The notes beneath the pieces are model-generated. The model was not told the DNA's origin. It was given only the letters and a program-made list of their open reading frames with translations, and searched no databases. 64,000 bases of DNA from Macrostomum lignano. Lineage: Eukaryota. Position numbers and translations under genes: made by a program. The DNA lies in contig NIVC01001976.1 of the NCBI GenBank assembly GCA_002269645.1, forward strand, positions 1 through 64,000, in the 5' to 3' direction. Every line of letters starts with the position of its first letter. Within the stretch, counting starts at the first letter, position 1. Of the stretch, positions 12,917 through 24,903 are shown in pieces.

Positions 12917-13024
12917 CCGTTGAATTCCAGTGCGCTGCCGCCTAGCTGCCACCGCAGCTCCGACTGTCTGGGTTGCGTCTTCCGCGTCTTTGAGCCGGAT
13001 GGGCTGAAGTTCTGTGCCCGCTGA
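12917..13024 (+). pseudogene. Degenerate PAN/apple-like exon, probable paralogue of 15241-15491
   Basis: After ttgtag|, reads VEFQCAAA[TAG, +1 shift]SCHRSSDCLGCVFRVFEPDGLKFCAR*. Compare IELECIVTCHGIPSCLGSAF...LLKFYA in the downstream exon. Confidence 0.4.
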
Positions 13025-13046
13025 AGTGGCGAGCATGTAGTGAGGT

Positions 13047-13390
13047 TGAGTGGGTCGGATGAAGCTGTGAGGCTCAGCAGTGGGTCTGGATGAAGCTGTG
13101 AGGCTCAGCAGTGGGTCTGGATGAAGTTGTGACGCTCGGCAGTGGGTCTTGATGAAGCTGTGACGCTCGGCAGTGGGTCTGTGGATGACACTGTGAAGCT
13201 GAGTGGGTCTGGATGAAGCTGTGAGGCTCGGCAGTGGGTCTGTGGATGACACTGTGAAGCTGAGTGGGTCTGGATGAAGCTGTGAGGCTCAGCAGTGGGT
13301 CTGTGGATGACACTGTGAAGCTGAGTGGGTCTGGATGAAGCTGTGAGGCTCAGCAGTGGGTCTGGATGAAGCTCTGAATCTCAGCAGTGC
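13047..13390. repeat. ~31-bp minisatellite (AGTGGGTCTGGATGAAGCTGTGAGGCTCAGC and variants)
   Basis: Tandem units read directly. Confidence 0.92.
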
Positions 13391-13769
13391 CGCTGTACAC
13401 ACTGCATGAGTGTTCATGTTTATGAGTGCGGTGACAGCGCGGAGTCAGCGGAGCGGGCAGAATTTCCTCAACAGCGCTGGTTGTGGGGCGGTTGGCGGCT
13501 GGCTTTACGGAGGGTAAATTTGGGTTAATTTTACGAGTTTGTTAATCGAAATCAACCTACCTGCAAGTGGCCTAAAAAGTTAACTTCAAGATTAACCCTG
13601 ATCGTTTTCAATTGGGGAGTAACAAATCTAATATTTCCTATGACAAGCATCCAGTGTGCGTAGGATCTGTATCCAATGGCAGGAAAGCAACTGGGAACTG
13701 GTATAGAGAACAATTAAGGATCAATGAAATCACAGTATAACTTCCACAGTGAAAGTTAGCGATAAAGAT

Positions 13770-14135
13770 ATGTCGTTAGAAACTCTTTGTTGCTTATTTT
13801 CTGTTGCACTCTTGTCTGTGGAGCTCCTGCATGGCCTCAACTCCGAGCCCGCTGGGTTTTTTTAAGTTCGGCCCGCACGCCACGAAACCGGCTGTGCCCG
13901 CGTTTTTGCAGAAGCCGGGCGAGTTGCCGCTGCAACTGTGCACCGACATCTGCAAGTAACGGCCGTTTCCGCTGCTTCGGCGCTCAGTTCGGCGAGTACT
14001 GCTTCTGCGGCTCGGCCTACGGCTCTGTCGGAGTCGCTCCTGCCTCCCAATGCAATTTCCAATGCGTCAGGAATGCATCGCACGTGTGCGGTGGTCGCGA
14101 TAGAAATTCAATCTATGGAATCATCTGCCCGAAAT
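13770..14135 (+). pseudogene. Exon 1 of a secreted WSC+PAN protein (signal peptide + WSC domain) with two +1 frameshifts
   Basis: Frame A: MSLETLCCLFSVALLSVELLHGLNSEPAGFF* (signal-peptide-like). +1 frame: KFGPHATKPAVPAFLQKPGELPLQLCTDICK*. +1 again: NGRFRCFGAQFGEYCFCGSAYG...QCNFQCVRNASHVCGGRDRNSIY, a WSC signature. Strong phase-1 donor GTAAGC at 14136. Confidence 0.75.
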
Positions 14136-14257
14136 GTAAGCGAATGTCATGTTTATCAGTGTGGGTTAACTTGATTCGGCGTCCGACACTGATGGTGGGT
14201 GAATGTACATGTATGTTAAAAAAACATCATCTCAAAAGCTTAACCTTTTAATGCGGA

Positions 14258-15142
14258 CTTTAGCACCAGCACCAGGAGCTTTAGCACAAGGGGCCTTAGC
14301 ACCAGGGGCTTTAGCACCAGGGGCTTTAGCACCAGGTGCTTTAGCATCACGGGCTTTAGCATCACGGGCTTTAGCACCAGGTGCTTTAGCATCACGGGCT
14401 TTAGCACCAGGGGCTCTAGCACCAGGGGCTTTAGCACCAGGGGCTTTAGCACCAGGTGCTTTAGCATCACGGGCTTTAGCACCAGGGGCTTTAGCACCAG
14501 GTGCTTTAGCATCACGGGCTTTAGCACCAGGGGCTTTAGCACCAGGTGCTTTAGCATCACGGGCTTTAGCACCACGGGCTTTAGCATCACGGGCTTTAGC
14601 ACTAGGGGCTTTAGCACCAGGGGCTTTAACACTAGGGGCTTTAGCATCACGGGCTTTAGCACCAGGGGCTTTAGCACCAGGGGCTTTAGCACCAGGTGCT
14701 TTAGCATCACGGGCTTTAGCACCAGGGGCTTTAGCACCACGGGCTTTAGCACCAAGGGGCTTTAGCACTAGGGGCTCTAGCACCAGGGGCTTTAGCACTA
14801 GGGGCTTTAGCACTAGGGGCTTTAGCACTAGGGGCTTTAGCACCAGAGCTTTAGCACCAGGGGCTTTAGCACCAGAGCTTTAGCATCACGGGCTTTAGCA
14901 CCAGGGGCTTTAGCACCAAGGGACTTTAGCACCAGAGCTTTAGCACCAAGGGACTTTAGCACCAGGGGCTTTAGCATCACGGGCTTTAGCACCAGGGGCT
15001 TTAGCACCAAGGGGCTTTAGCACCAGAGCTTTAGCACCAAGGGACTTTAGCACCAGGGGCTTTAGCACCAAGGGACTTTAGCACCAGGGGCTTTAGCACC
15101 AAGGGACTTTAGCACTAGAGCTTTAACATCACGGGCTTTAGC
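14258..15142. repeat. 15-bp intronic minisatellite (GGGGCTTTAGCACCA)
   Basis: Tandem units read directly; produces the ALAPG, AKAPG and LKPLV ORFs. Confidence 0.95.
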
Positions 15143-15240
15143 CGGAAAATAGTTGAAACTAGAAGGCTCATAAAGTTTTATGCTGCGAAACTGCAATGGG
15201 TTTGTTAGCAAAATATCAAATTACCATTTATGCTAACCAG

Positions 15241-15491
15241 ATGAGAACTTCTCAAAGAAGCTGGCAGTCGCGTCCATGCCCAACATCACCAGCGCTCAGA
15301 GCTCCATGACTCACAGCAGTTTCCCAGCCAAAATAGAATTGGAGTGCATCGTCACCTGTCATGGCATCCCGAGCTGTCTGGGCAGCGCCTTCTCTCCATC
15401 AAGCCGGATGTGCCGCCTGCTGAAGTTCTACGCTGTGGCCGCGGAGTTGGCCAACGAGTTCGAGTTCGAGTACGTCTGGATGAAGCCGTGA
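15241..15491 (+). CDS. Exon 2 of the WSC+PAN gene; PAN/apple-like domain
   Basis: Branch/acceptor tgctaaccag| is phase-compatible with the 14135 donor. Reads (Y)ENFSKKLAVASMPN...ELECIVTCHGIPSCLGSAFSPSSRMCRLLKF...VWMKP*, with the C-x3-C-x5-C...C spacing of PAN cores. Confidence 0.7.
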
Positions 15492-16080
15492 GGCTGAGAG
15501 CAGCAGCTGAGCCACAATTGGAATTGATTGCAATAATTAGCCAATCAGAACTCTAAGAACACTGAACGAATAACTTCTATCTGATCTCCCCCGTGATCCA
15601 ACTGCACTATATTTTATCACTGGATAAGAAGTCCCCTGTACGCTCTTATACGCTGTATTTCTAAAGCACCTGAAACTTATATCTAATATCTGAATCTATA
15701 AATGTATACTTTTTGACTTCTTGTTCTTACACTCTCAAGCTTGTCCATCTGTGTCAACTTAGGATAACGATCATAAGATCCCTGAGAGTGGAAACCGCTG
15801 TTCTGATATAGATCATTTCTATGCCTGGGGACTAAGTTTAAGTTTGAAACGTCCAGTTTCTGGTTGTTTCTAAGTGTATCAAATACCAAAAATAAACAGA
15901 TCTATACGCAAAGACGACTGAAGTATAATCTATCTATTTAAATAGTCATTCGATCTACCCTTAAGCGCTTTGTTCTAAATTATTTGAGTAAGTTAGTAGT
16001 TTATTGCAGACTTGTTGACTCAATGGCAAAACAAGCAGTGACTGATTATACTGATGATTATGATGATTATTGCTGATTAC

Positions 16081-16243
16081 ATCTGACGCGTCACTCTCTC
16101 TCCCATATCTGACTCTTCACTCTCTCTCTCCCATATCTGACTCTTCACTCTCTCTCCTATATCTGACTCTTCACTGTCTCTCTCCCATATCTGACTCTTC
16201 ACTCTCCCTATCTGACTCTTCACTCTCCCTCCCATATCTGACT

Positions 16244-16279
<36 letters not shown>

Positions 16280-16627
16280 ATATCTGACTCTTCACTCTCT
16301 CTCCCATATCTGACTCTTCACTCTCTCTCTCCCACATCTGACTCTTCACTCTCTCTCTCCCATATCTGACTCTTCAGTCTCTCTCTCCCATATCTGACTC
16401 TTCACTCTCTCTCTCTCTCCTATATCTGACTCTTCACTCTCTCTCTTTCATATCTGACTCTTCACTCTCTCTCCCATATCTGACTCTTCACTCTCTCTCC
16501 CATATCTAACTCTTCACCCTCTCTCTCTCCTATATCTGACTCCCATATCTGACTCTTCACTCTCTCTCCCATATCTGACTCTTCACTCTCCCTATCTGAC
16601 TCTTCACTCTCCCTCCCATATCTGACT

Positions 16628-16665
<38 letters not shown>

Positions 16666-19600
16666 ATATCTGAATCTTCACTCTCTCTCCCATATCTGAC
16701 TCTTCAGTCTCTCTCTCCCATATCTGACTCTTCAGTCTCTCTCTCCCATATCTGACTCTTCACTCTCTCTCTCTCTCTCCTATATCTGACTCTTCACTCT
16801 CTCTCCCATATCTGACTCTTCACTCTCTCTCTCTCTCCTATATCTGACTCTTCACTCTCTCTCTTTCATATCTGACTCTTCACTCTCTCTCCCATATCTG
16901 ACTCTTCACTCTCTCTCCCATATCTAACTCTTCACCCTCTCTCTCTCCTATATCTGACTCCCATATCTGACTCTTCACTCTCTCTCCTATATCTGACTCT
17001 TCACTCTCTCTCCTATATCTGACTCTTCACTGTCTCTCTCCCATATCTGACTCTTCACTCTCCCTATCTGACTCTTCACTCTCCCTCCCATATCTGACTC
17101 TTCACTCTCTCTCTCTCTCTCTCCTATATCTGACTCTTCAGTCTCTCTCTCCCATATCTGACTCTTCAGTCTCTCTCTCCCATATCTGACTCTTCACTCT
17201 CTCTCTCTCTCTCCTATATCTGACTTTTCACTCTCTCTCTCTCCCATATCTGACTTTTCACTCTCTCTCTCTCCCATATCTGACTCTTCAGTCTCTCTCT
17301 CCCATATCTGACTCTTCACTCTCTCTCTCTCTCTCTCCTATATCTGACTCTTCACTCTCTCTCTCTCTCCCATATCTGACTCTTCACTCTCTCTCTCTCC
17401 TATATCTGACTCTTCACTCTCTCTCTCCCCCATATCTGACTCTTCACTCTCTCTCTCCCATATCTGACTCTTCACTCTCTCTCCCATATCTGACTCTTCA
17501 CTCTCCGATATCTGGCTCTTCACTCTCTCTCTCTCCAATGTCTGACTCTTCACTCTCTCTCTCCTATATCTGACTCTTCACTCTCTCTCTCCCATATCTG
17601 ACTCTTCACTCTCTCTCTCTCCCATATCTGACTCTTCACTCTCTCTCCCATATCTGACTCTTCACTCTCCCATATCTGACTCTTCACTCTCCCATATCTG
17701 ACTCTTCACTCTCCCATATCTGACTCTTCACTCTCTCTCTCCCATATCTGACTCTTCACTCTCTCTCCCATATCTGACTCTTCACTCTCTCTCCTATTTC
17801 TGACTCTTCACTGTCTCTCTCCCATATCTGACTCTTCACTCTCCCATATCTGACTCTTCACTCTCTCTCTCTCTCCTATATCTGACTCTTCAGTCTCTCT
17901 CTCCCATATCTGACTCTTCACTCTCTCTCTCTCTCCTATATCTGACTCTTCACTCTCTCTCTCTCTCCCATATCTGACTCTTCACTCTCTCTCTCTCTCT
18001 CTCCTATATCTGACTCTTCACTCTCTCTCTCTCTCTCCCATATCTGACTTTTCACTCTCTCTCTCTCCCATATCTGACTCTTCACTCTCTCTCTCTCCCA
18101 TATCTGACTCTTCACTCTCTCTCTCTCTCTCCTATATCTGACTCTTCACTCTCTCTCTCTCTCTCCCATATCTGACTCGTCACTCTCTCTCTCTCCTATA
18201 TCTGACTCTTCACTCTCTCTCTCCCCCATATCTGACTCTTCACTCTCTCTCTCCCATGTCTGACTCTTCACTCTCCCATATCTGACTCTTCACTCTCTCT
18301 CTCCCATATCTGACTCTTCACACTCTCTCTCTCCCATATCTGACTCTTCACTCTCTCTCTCTCTCTCTCCCATATCTGACTCTTCACTCTCTCTCTCTCT
18401 CCTATATCTGACTCTTCACTCTCTCTCCCATATCTGACTCTTCACTCTCTCTCTCCAATGTCTGACTCTTCACTCTCTCTCCTATATCTGACTCTTCACT
18501 CTCTCTCTCCCATATCTGACTCTTCACTCTCTCTCTCCCATATCTGACTCTTCACTCTCTGTCCCATATCTGACTCTTCACTCTCCCATATCTGACTCTT
18601 CACTCTCCCATATCTGACTCTTCACTCTCCCATATCTGACTCTTCACTCTCTCTCTTCCCATATCTGACTCTTCACTCTCTCTCCCCCATATCTGACTCT
18701 TCACTCTCTCTCCTATTTCTGACTCTTCACTGTCTCTCTCCCATATCTGACTCTTCACTCTCCCATATCTGACTCTTCACTCTCTCTCTCCCATATCTGA
18801 CTCTTCCGTCTCTCTCTCCCATATCTGACTCTTCACTCTCTCTCCCATATCTGACTCTTCACTCTCGCATATCTGACTCTTCACTCTCTCTCTCCCATAT
18901 CTGACTCTTCACTCTCCCATATCTGACTCTTCACTCTCTCTCTCCTATATCTGACTCTTCACTCTCTCTCTCTCCCATATCTGACTCTTCACTCTCTCTC
19001 TCTCCCATATCTGACTCTTCACTCTCCCTATCTGACTCTTCAGTCTCTCTCTCCTATATCTGACTCTTCACTCTCTCTCTCTCTCTCCCATATCTGACTT
19101 TTCACTCTCTCTCTCTCCCATATCTGACTCTTCACTCTCTCTCTCTCCCATATCTGACTCTTCACTCTCTCTCTCTCTCTCCTATATCTGACTCTTCACT
19201 CTCTCTCTCTCTCTCTCCCATATCTGACTCGTCACTCTCTCTCTCTCCTATATCTGACTCTTCACTCTCTCTCTCCCCCATATCTGACTCTTCACTCTCT
19301 CTCTCCCATATCTGACTCTTCACTCTCTCTCCCATATCTGACTCTTCACTCTCCGATATCTGACTCTTCACTCTCTCTCTCTCCCATATCTGACTCTTCA
19401 CTCTCTCTCTCTCTCTCTCTCTCCCATATCTGACTCTTCACTCTCTCTCTCTCTCCTATATCTGACTCTTCACTCTCTCTCCCATATCTGACTCTTCACT
19501 CTCTCTCTCCAATGTCTGACTCTTCACTCTCTCTCCTATATCTGACTCTTCACTCTCTCTCTCCCATATCTGACTCTTCACTCTCTCTCTCCCATATCTG

Positions 19601-22600
19601 ACTCTTCACTCTCTGTCCCATATCTGACTCTTCACTCTCCCATATCTGACTCTTCACTCTCCCATATCTGACTCTTCACTCTCCCATATCTGACTCTTCA
19701 CTCTCTCTCTCCCATATCTGACTCTTCACTCTCTCTCTCCCATATCTGACTCTTCACTCTCTCTCCTATTTCTGACTCTTCACTGTCTCTCTCCCATATC
19801 TGACTCTTCACTCTCCCATATCTGACTCTTCACTCTCTCTCTCCCATATCTGACTCTTCCGTCTCTCTCTCCCATATCTGACTCTTCACTCTCTCTCCCA
19901 TATCTGACTCTTCACTCTCGCATATCTGACTCTTCACTCTCTCTCTCCCATATCTGACTCTTCACTCTCCCATATCTGACTCTTCACTCTCCCATATCTG
20001 ACTCTTCACTCTCTCTCTCCTATATCTGACTCTTCACTCTCTCTCTCTCCCATATCTGACTCTTCACTCTCTCTCTCTCCCATATCTGACTCTTCACTCT
20101 CCCTATCTGACTCTTCAGTCTCTCTCTCCTATACCTGACTCTTCACTCTCTCTCTCCCATATCTGACTCTTCACTCTCTCTCTCTCCCATATCTGACTCT
20201 TCACTCTCCCATATCTGACTCTTCACTCTCTCTCTCCTATATCTGACTCTTCACTCTCTCTCTCTCCCATATCTGACTCTTCACTCTCTCTCTCTCCCAT
20301 ATCTGACTCTTCACTCTCTCTCTCTCCCATATCTGACTCTTCACTCTCCCTATCTGACTCTTCAGTCTCTCTCTCCTATATCTGACTCTTCACTCTCTCT
20401 CCCATATCTGACTCTTCACTCTCCCATATCTGACTCTTCACTCTCTCTCTCTCTCTCCTATATCTGACTCTTCAGTCTCTCTCTCCCATATCTGACTCTT
20501 CACTCTCTCTCTCTCTCCTATATCTGACTCTTCACTCTCTCTCTCTCTCCTATATCTGACTCATCACTCTCTCTCTCTCTCTCCTATATCTGACTCTTCA
20601 CTCTCTCTCTCTCTCTCCCATATCTGACTTTTCACTCTCTCTCTCTCCCATATCTGACTCTTCACTCTCTCTCTCTCCCATATCTGACTCTTCACTCTCT
20701 CTCTCTCTCCTATATCTGACTCTTCACTCTCTCTCTCTCTCTCTCCCATATCTGACTCTTCACTCTCTCTCTCTCTCTCCTATATCTGACTCTTCACTCT
20801 CTCTCTCTCTCTCTCCCATATCTGACTCTTCACTCTCTCTCTCTCTCCCATATCTGACTCTTCACTCTCCCATATCTGACTCTTCACTCTCTCTCTCCTA
20901 TATCTGACTCTTCACTCTCTCTCTCTCCCATATCTGACTCTTCTCTCTCTCTCTCTCCCATATCTGACTCTTCACTCTCTCTCTCTCCCATATCTGACTC
21001 TTCACTCTCCCTATCTGACTCTTCAGTCTCTCTCTCCTATATCTGACTCTTCACTCTCTCTCCCATATCTGACTCTTCACTCTCCCATATCTGACTCTTC
21101 ACTCTCTCTCTCTCTCTCCTATATCTGACTCTTCAGTCTCTCTCTCCTATATCTGACTCTTCACTCTCTCTCTCCCCCATATCTGACTCTTCACTCTCTC
21201 TCTCCCATATCTGACTCTTCACTCTCTCTCCCATATCTGACTCTTCACTCTCCGATATCTGACTCTTCACTCTCTCTCTCTCCCATATCTGACTCTTCAC
21301 TCTCTCTCTCTCTCTCTCCCATATCTGACTCTTCACACACTCTCTCTCTCCTATATCTGACTCTTCACTCTCTCTCCCATATCTGACTCTTCACTCTCTC
21401 TCTCTCCAATGTCTGACTCTTCACTCTCTCTCTCCTATATCTGACTCTTCACTCTCTCTCTCCCATATCTGACTCTTCACTCTCTCTCTCCCATATCTGA
21501 CTCTTCACTCTCTGTCCCATATCTGACTCTTCACTCTCCCATATCTGACTCTTCACTCTCCCATATCTGACTCTTCACTCTCCCATATCTGACTCTTCAC
21601 TCTCTCTCTCTTATATCTGACTCTTCACTCTCTCTCTCCCATATCTGACTCTTCACTCTCTCTCCTATTTCTGACTCTTCACTGTCTCTCTCCCATATCT
21701 GACTCTTCACTCTCCCATATCTGACTCTTCACTCTCTCTCTCCCATATCTGACTCTTCCGTCTCTCTCTCCCATATCTGACTCTTCACTCTCTCTCCCAT
21801 ATCTGACTCTTCACTCTCCCATATCTGACTCTTCACTCTCTCTCTCCCATATCTGACTCTTCACTCTCCCATATCTGACTCTTCACTCTCTCTCTCCTAT
21901 ATCTGACTCTTCACTCTCTCTCTCTCCCATATCTGACTCTTCACTCTCTCTCTCTCCCATATCTGACTCTTCACTCTCTCTCTCTCCCATATCTGACTCT
22001 TCACTCTCCCTATCTGACTCTTCAGTCTCTCTCTCCTATATCTGACTCTTCACTCTCTCTCTCCCATATCTGACTCTTCACTCTCTCTCTCTCCCATATC
22101 TGACTCTTCACTCTCCCATATCTGACTCTTTACTCTCTCTCCCCTATATCTGACTCTTCACTCTCTCTCTCTCCCATATCTGACTCTTCACTCTCTCTCT
22201 CTCCCATATCTGACTCGTCACTCTCTCTCTCTCCCATATCTGACTCTTCACTCTCCCTATCTGACTCTTCAGTCTCTCTCTCCTATATCTGACTCTTCAC
22301 TCTCTCTCTCCCATATCTGACTCTTCACTCTCCCATATCTGACTCTTCACTCTCTCTCTCCCATATCTGACTCTTCACACTCTCTCTCTCCCATATCTGA
22401 CTCTTCACTCTCTCTCTCCCATATCTGACTCTTCACTCTCCCATATCTGACTCTTCACTCTCTCTCTCCCATATCTGACTCTTCACACTCTCTCTCTCCC
22501 ATATCTGACTCTTCACTCTCTCTCTCCCATATCTGACTCTTCACTCTCTCTCTCCCATGTCTGACTCTTCACTCTCCCATATCTGACTCTTCACTCTCTC

Positions 22601-22830
22601 TCTCCCATATCTGACTCTTCACTCTCTCTCTCTCCCATGTCTGACTCTTCACTCTCCCATATCTGACTCTTCACTCTCTCTCTCCCATATCTGACTCTTC
22701 ACACTCTCTCTCTCCCATATCTGACTCTTCACTCTCTCTCTCCCATATCTGACTCTTCACTCTCCCATATCTGACTCTTCACTCTCCCATATCTGACTCT
22801 TCACTCTCTCTCTCCCATGTCAGACTTTTC
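16081..22830. repeat. 6.7-kb compound satellite: constant core C(C/T)ATATCTGACTCTTCA plus variable (CT)n
   Basis: Many tandem units with a conserved core and CT runs of varying length. Confidence 0.97.
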
Positions 22831-24057
22831 ACAAGAATGAGCGTTGCCTGGCTAAGGAGCCATAACTACATTGCCGTTTAGTGCATGGTTGCTGCATTCA
22901 ACTCCCTCTATATAGAGAGCCCATTTTTAGTTTTGTTGGATCTGGCAGACAAAACAACAGACCATGCATGTGCAATCTTTTTAATGGAAATGATTAGTGA
23001 CCCCTACTATCTGCATCAATTAAAATCACCCTTCCCATTCGAAAAATATATTTTTCACTTAAGCAAATCCGTTGCGCTTGTAGAAGCTTTTTCAGCAGTT
23101 TTTTTAAATGATGGATTATAATCGAAGGTGCGAAAAATGCGAGACTTTTCTGTGTCATATACTGCTGAGCCTGACAATGCGCCACTTAGGCAAGCGCTTC
23201 TTTTCCTGTTACGCATCGCTGTGTTAATTAAAAGTCAACAAAACCAACTGAATATTTCATAGATCAATTTCTAACCAAACCCATCTAGGAGGCTTACCTA
23301 TCGGCTTAATTTGTTATTAATGAATTGAAGAAGAGGTTTGATGGCTTGACAAGACGCATTTTATTTCAATTTGCCTACAGTCTCATTGTATTTTTATCAT
23401 TATATTTCAAAAATATATCGAAATATATTAAATTTCGATCGTAAAATGTCAATATTTCTACTCACAGTAGGCTATCCAGATCAGTCAGAAACTATAAATA
23501 ATTGCATATCAATTGGGCGGCCCTAAGTACAATGTTACTGTGTGGCCTTAAAGCCCCTCCAATTTCTTTGCTCTCCTCCTATATATTTTACGCCTGCTTT
23601 TGCACTGTCTGTCTGAGGGCCTCCGCCTCTATATCTTTGCAGTCTGCAGATGCTGCCAGGCCCACAGGGGGAGGGGTAGAAGCTAGGGGGCATTTGACGT
23701 CATCAAACCGCGCCTTCATTCGCGCGGTACGTACTTTTTTGTGCAGAGTAACTGCCTATACGACTAGTACTGCGTGTCTAATCGACTGTAGGAGGCCGTT
23801 TGCAGACTTTTGAAGATTGCGATAGCGATTAATACAGTGTACTTTAACCAGCAGTTCTAATTCTTTTAAAAGAAAAACTAACGGATCAGATTACGTAGTG
23901 TAGGATTTTACCAGTTGTTCCAGAGGTACACAGGGTGTACATACATGTACTGTACATGTAGTTCTAGATCGCATCTTATTAGTTAGATTTTTTTGCTAAC
24001 ATGCATGTACATAAGCGCACATGTGCTGTAACTTACCACGTGTCTCTTCTTTTCGGG

Positions 24058-24903
24058 GACAGAGGCGCCAACCATCAGGGACAGAGGCGCCAACCTTCAG
24101 GGACAGAGGCGCCATCAACCATCAGGAACAGAGGCGCCATCAACCATCAGGGACAGAGGCGCCATCAACCATCAGGGACAGAGGCGCGCCATCAACCTTC
24201 AGGGACAGAGGCGCCATTAACCATCAGGAACAGAGGCGCCATCAACCATCAGGGACAGAGGCGCGCCATCAACCTTCAGGGACAGAGGCGCGCCATCAAC
24301 CATCAGGGACAGAGGCGCCATCAACCATCAGGGACAGAGGCGCCATCAACCATCAGGGACAGAGGCGCCATCAACCTTCAGGGACAGAGGCGCCAACCTT
24401 CAGGGACAGAGGCGCCATCAACCATCAGGGACAGAGGCGCCATCAACCATCAGGGACAGAGGCGCGCCATCAACCATCAGGGACAGAGGCGCCAACATTC
24501 GGGGACAGAGGCGCCAACCTTCAGGGACAGAGGCGCCATCAACCATCAGGGACAGAGGCGCCAACCTTCAGAGACAGAGGCGCCATCAACCATCAGGGAC
24601 AGAGGCGCGCCATCAACCATCAGGGACAGAGGCGCCAACATTCGGGGACAGAGGCGCCAACCTTCAGGGACAGAGGCGCCAACCTTCAGGGACAGGGGCG
24701 CCATAAACCATCAGAGACAGAGGCGCGCCATCAACCTTCAGGGACGGAGGCGCCATCAACCATCAGGGACAGAGGCGCCATCAACCTTCAGGAACAGAGG
24801 CGCCATCAACCTTCAGGGACAAACGCGCCATCAATCTTCAGGGAAAGAGGCGCCATCAACCATCAGGGACAGAGGCGCCAACCTTCAGGGACAGAGGCGC
24901 CAA
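24058..24903. repeat. 21/25/27-bp minisatellite (AACCATCAGGGACAGAGGCGCCATC)
   Basis: Tandem units read directly; explains the HQPSGTEAP ORFs. Confidence 0.95.

Noticed and set aside
14203-14883. ALAPG/AKAPG elastin-like repetitive protein
   Set aside because: A 15-bp minisatellite lying between phase-matched splice sites of the WSC-PAN gene.
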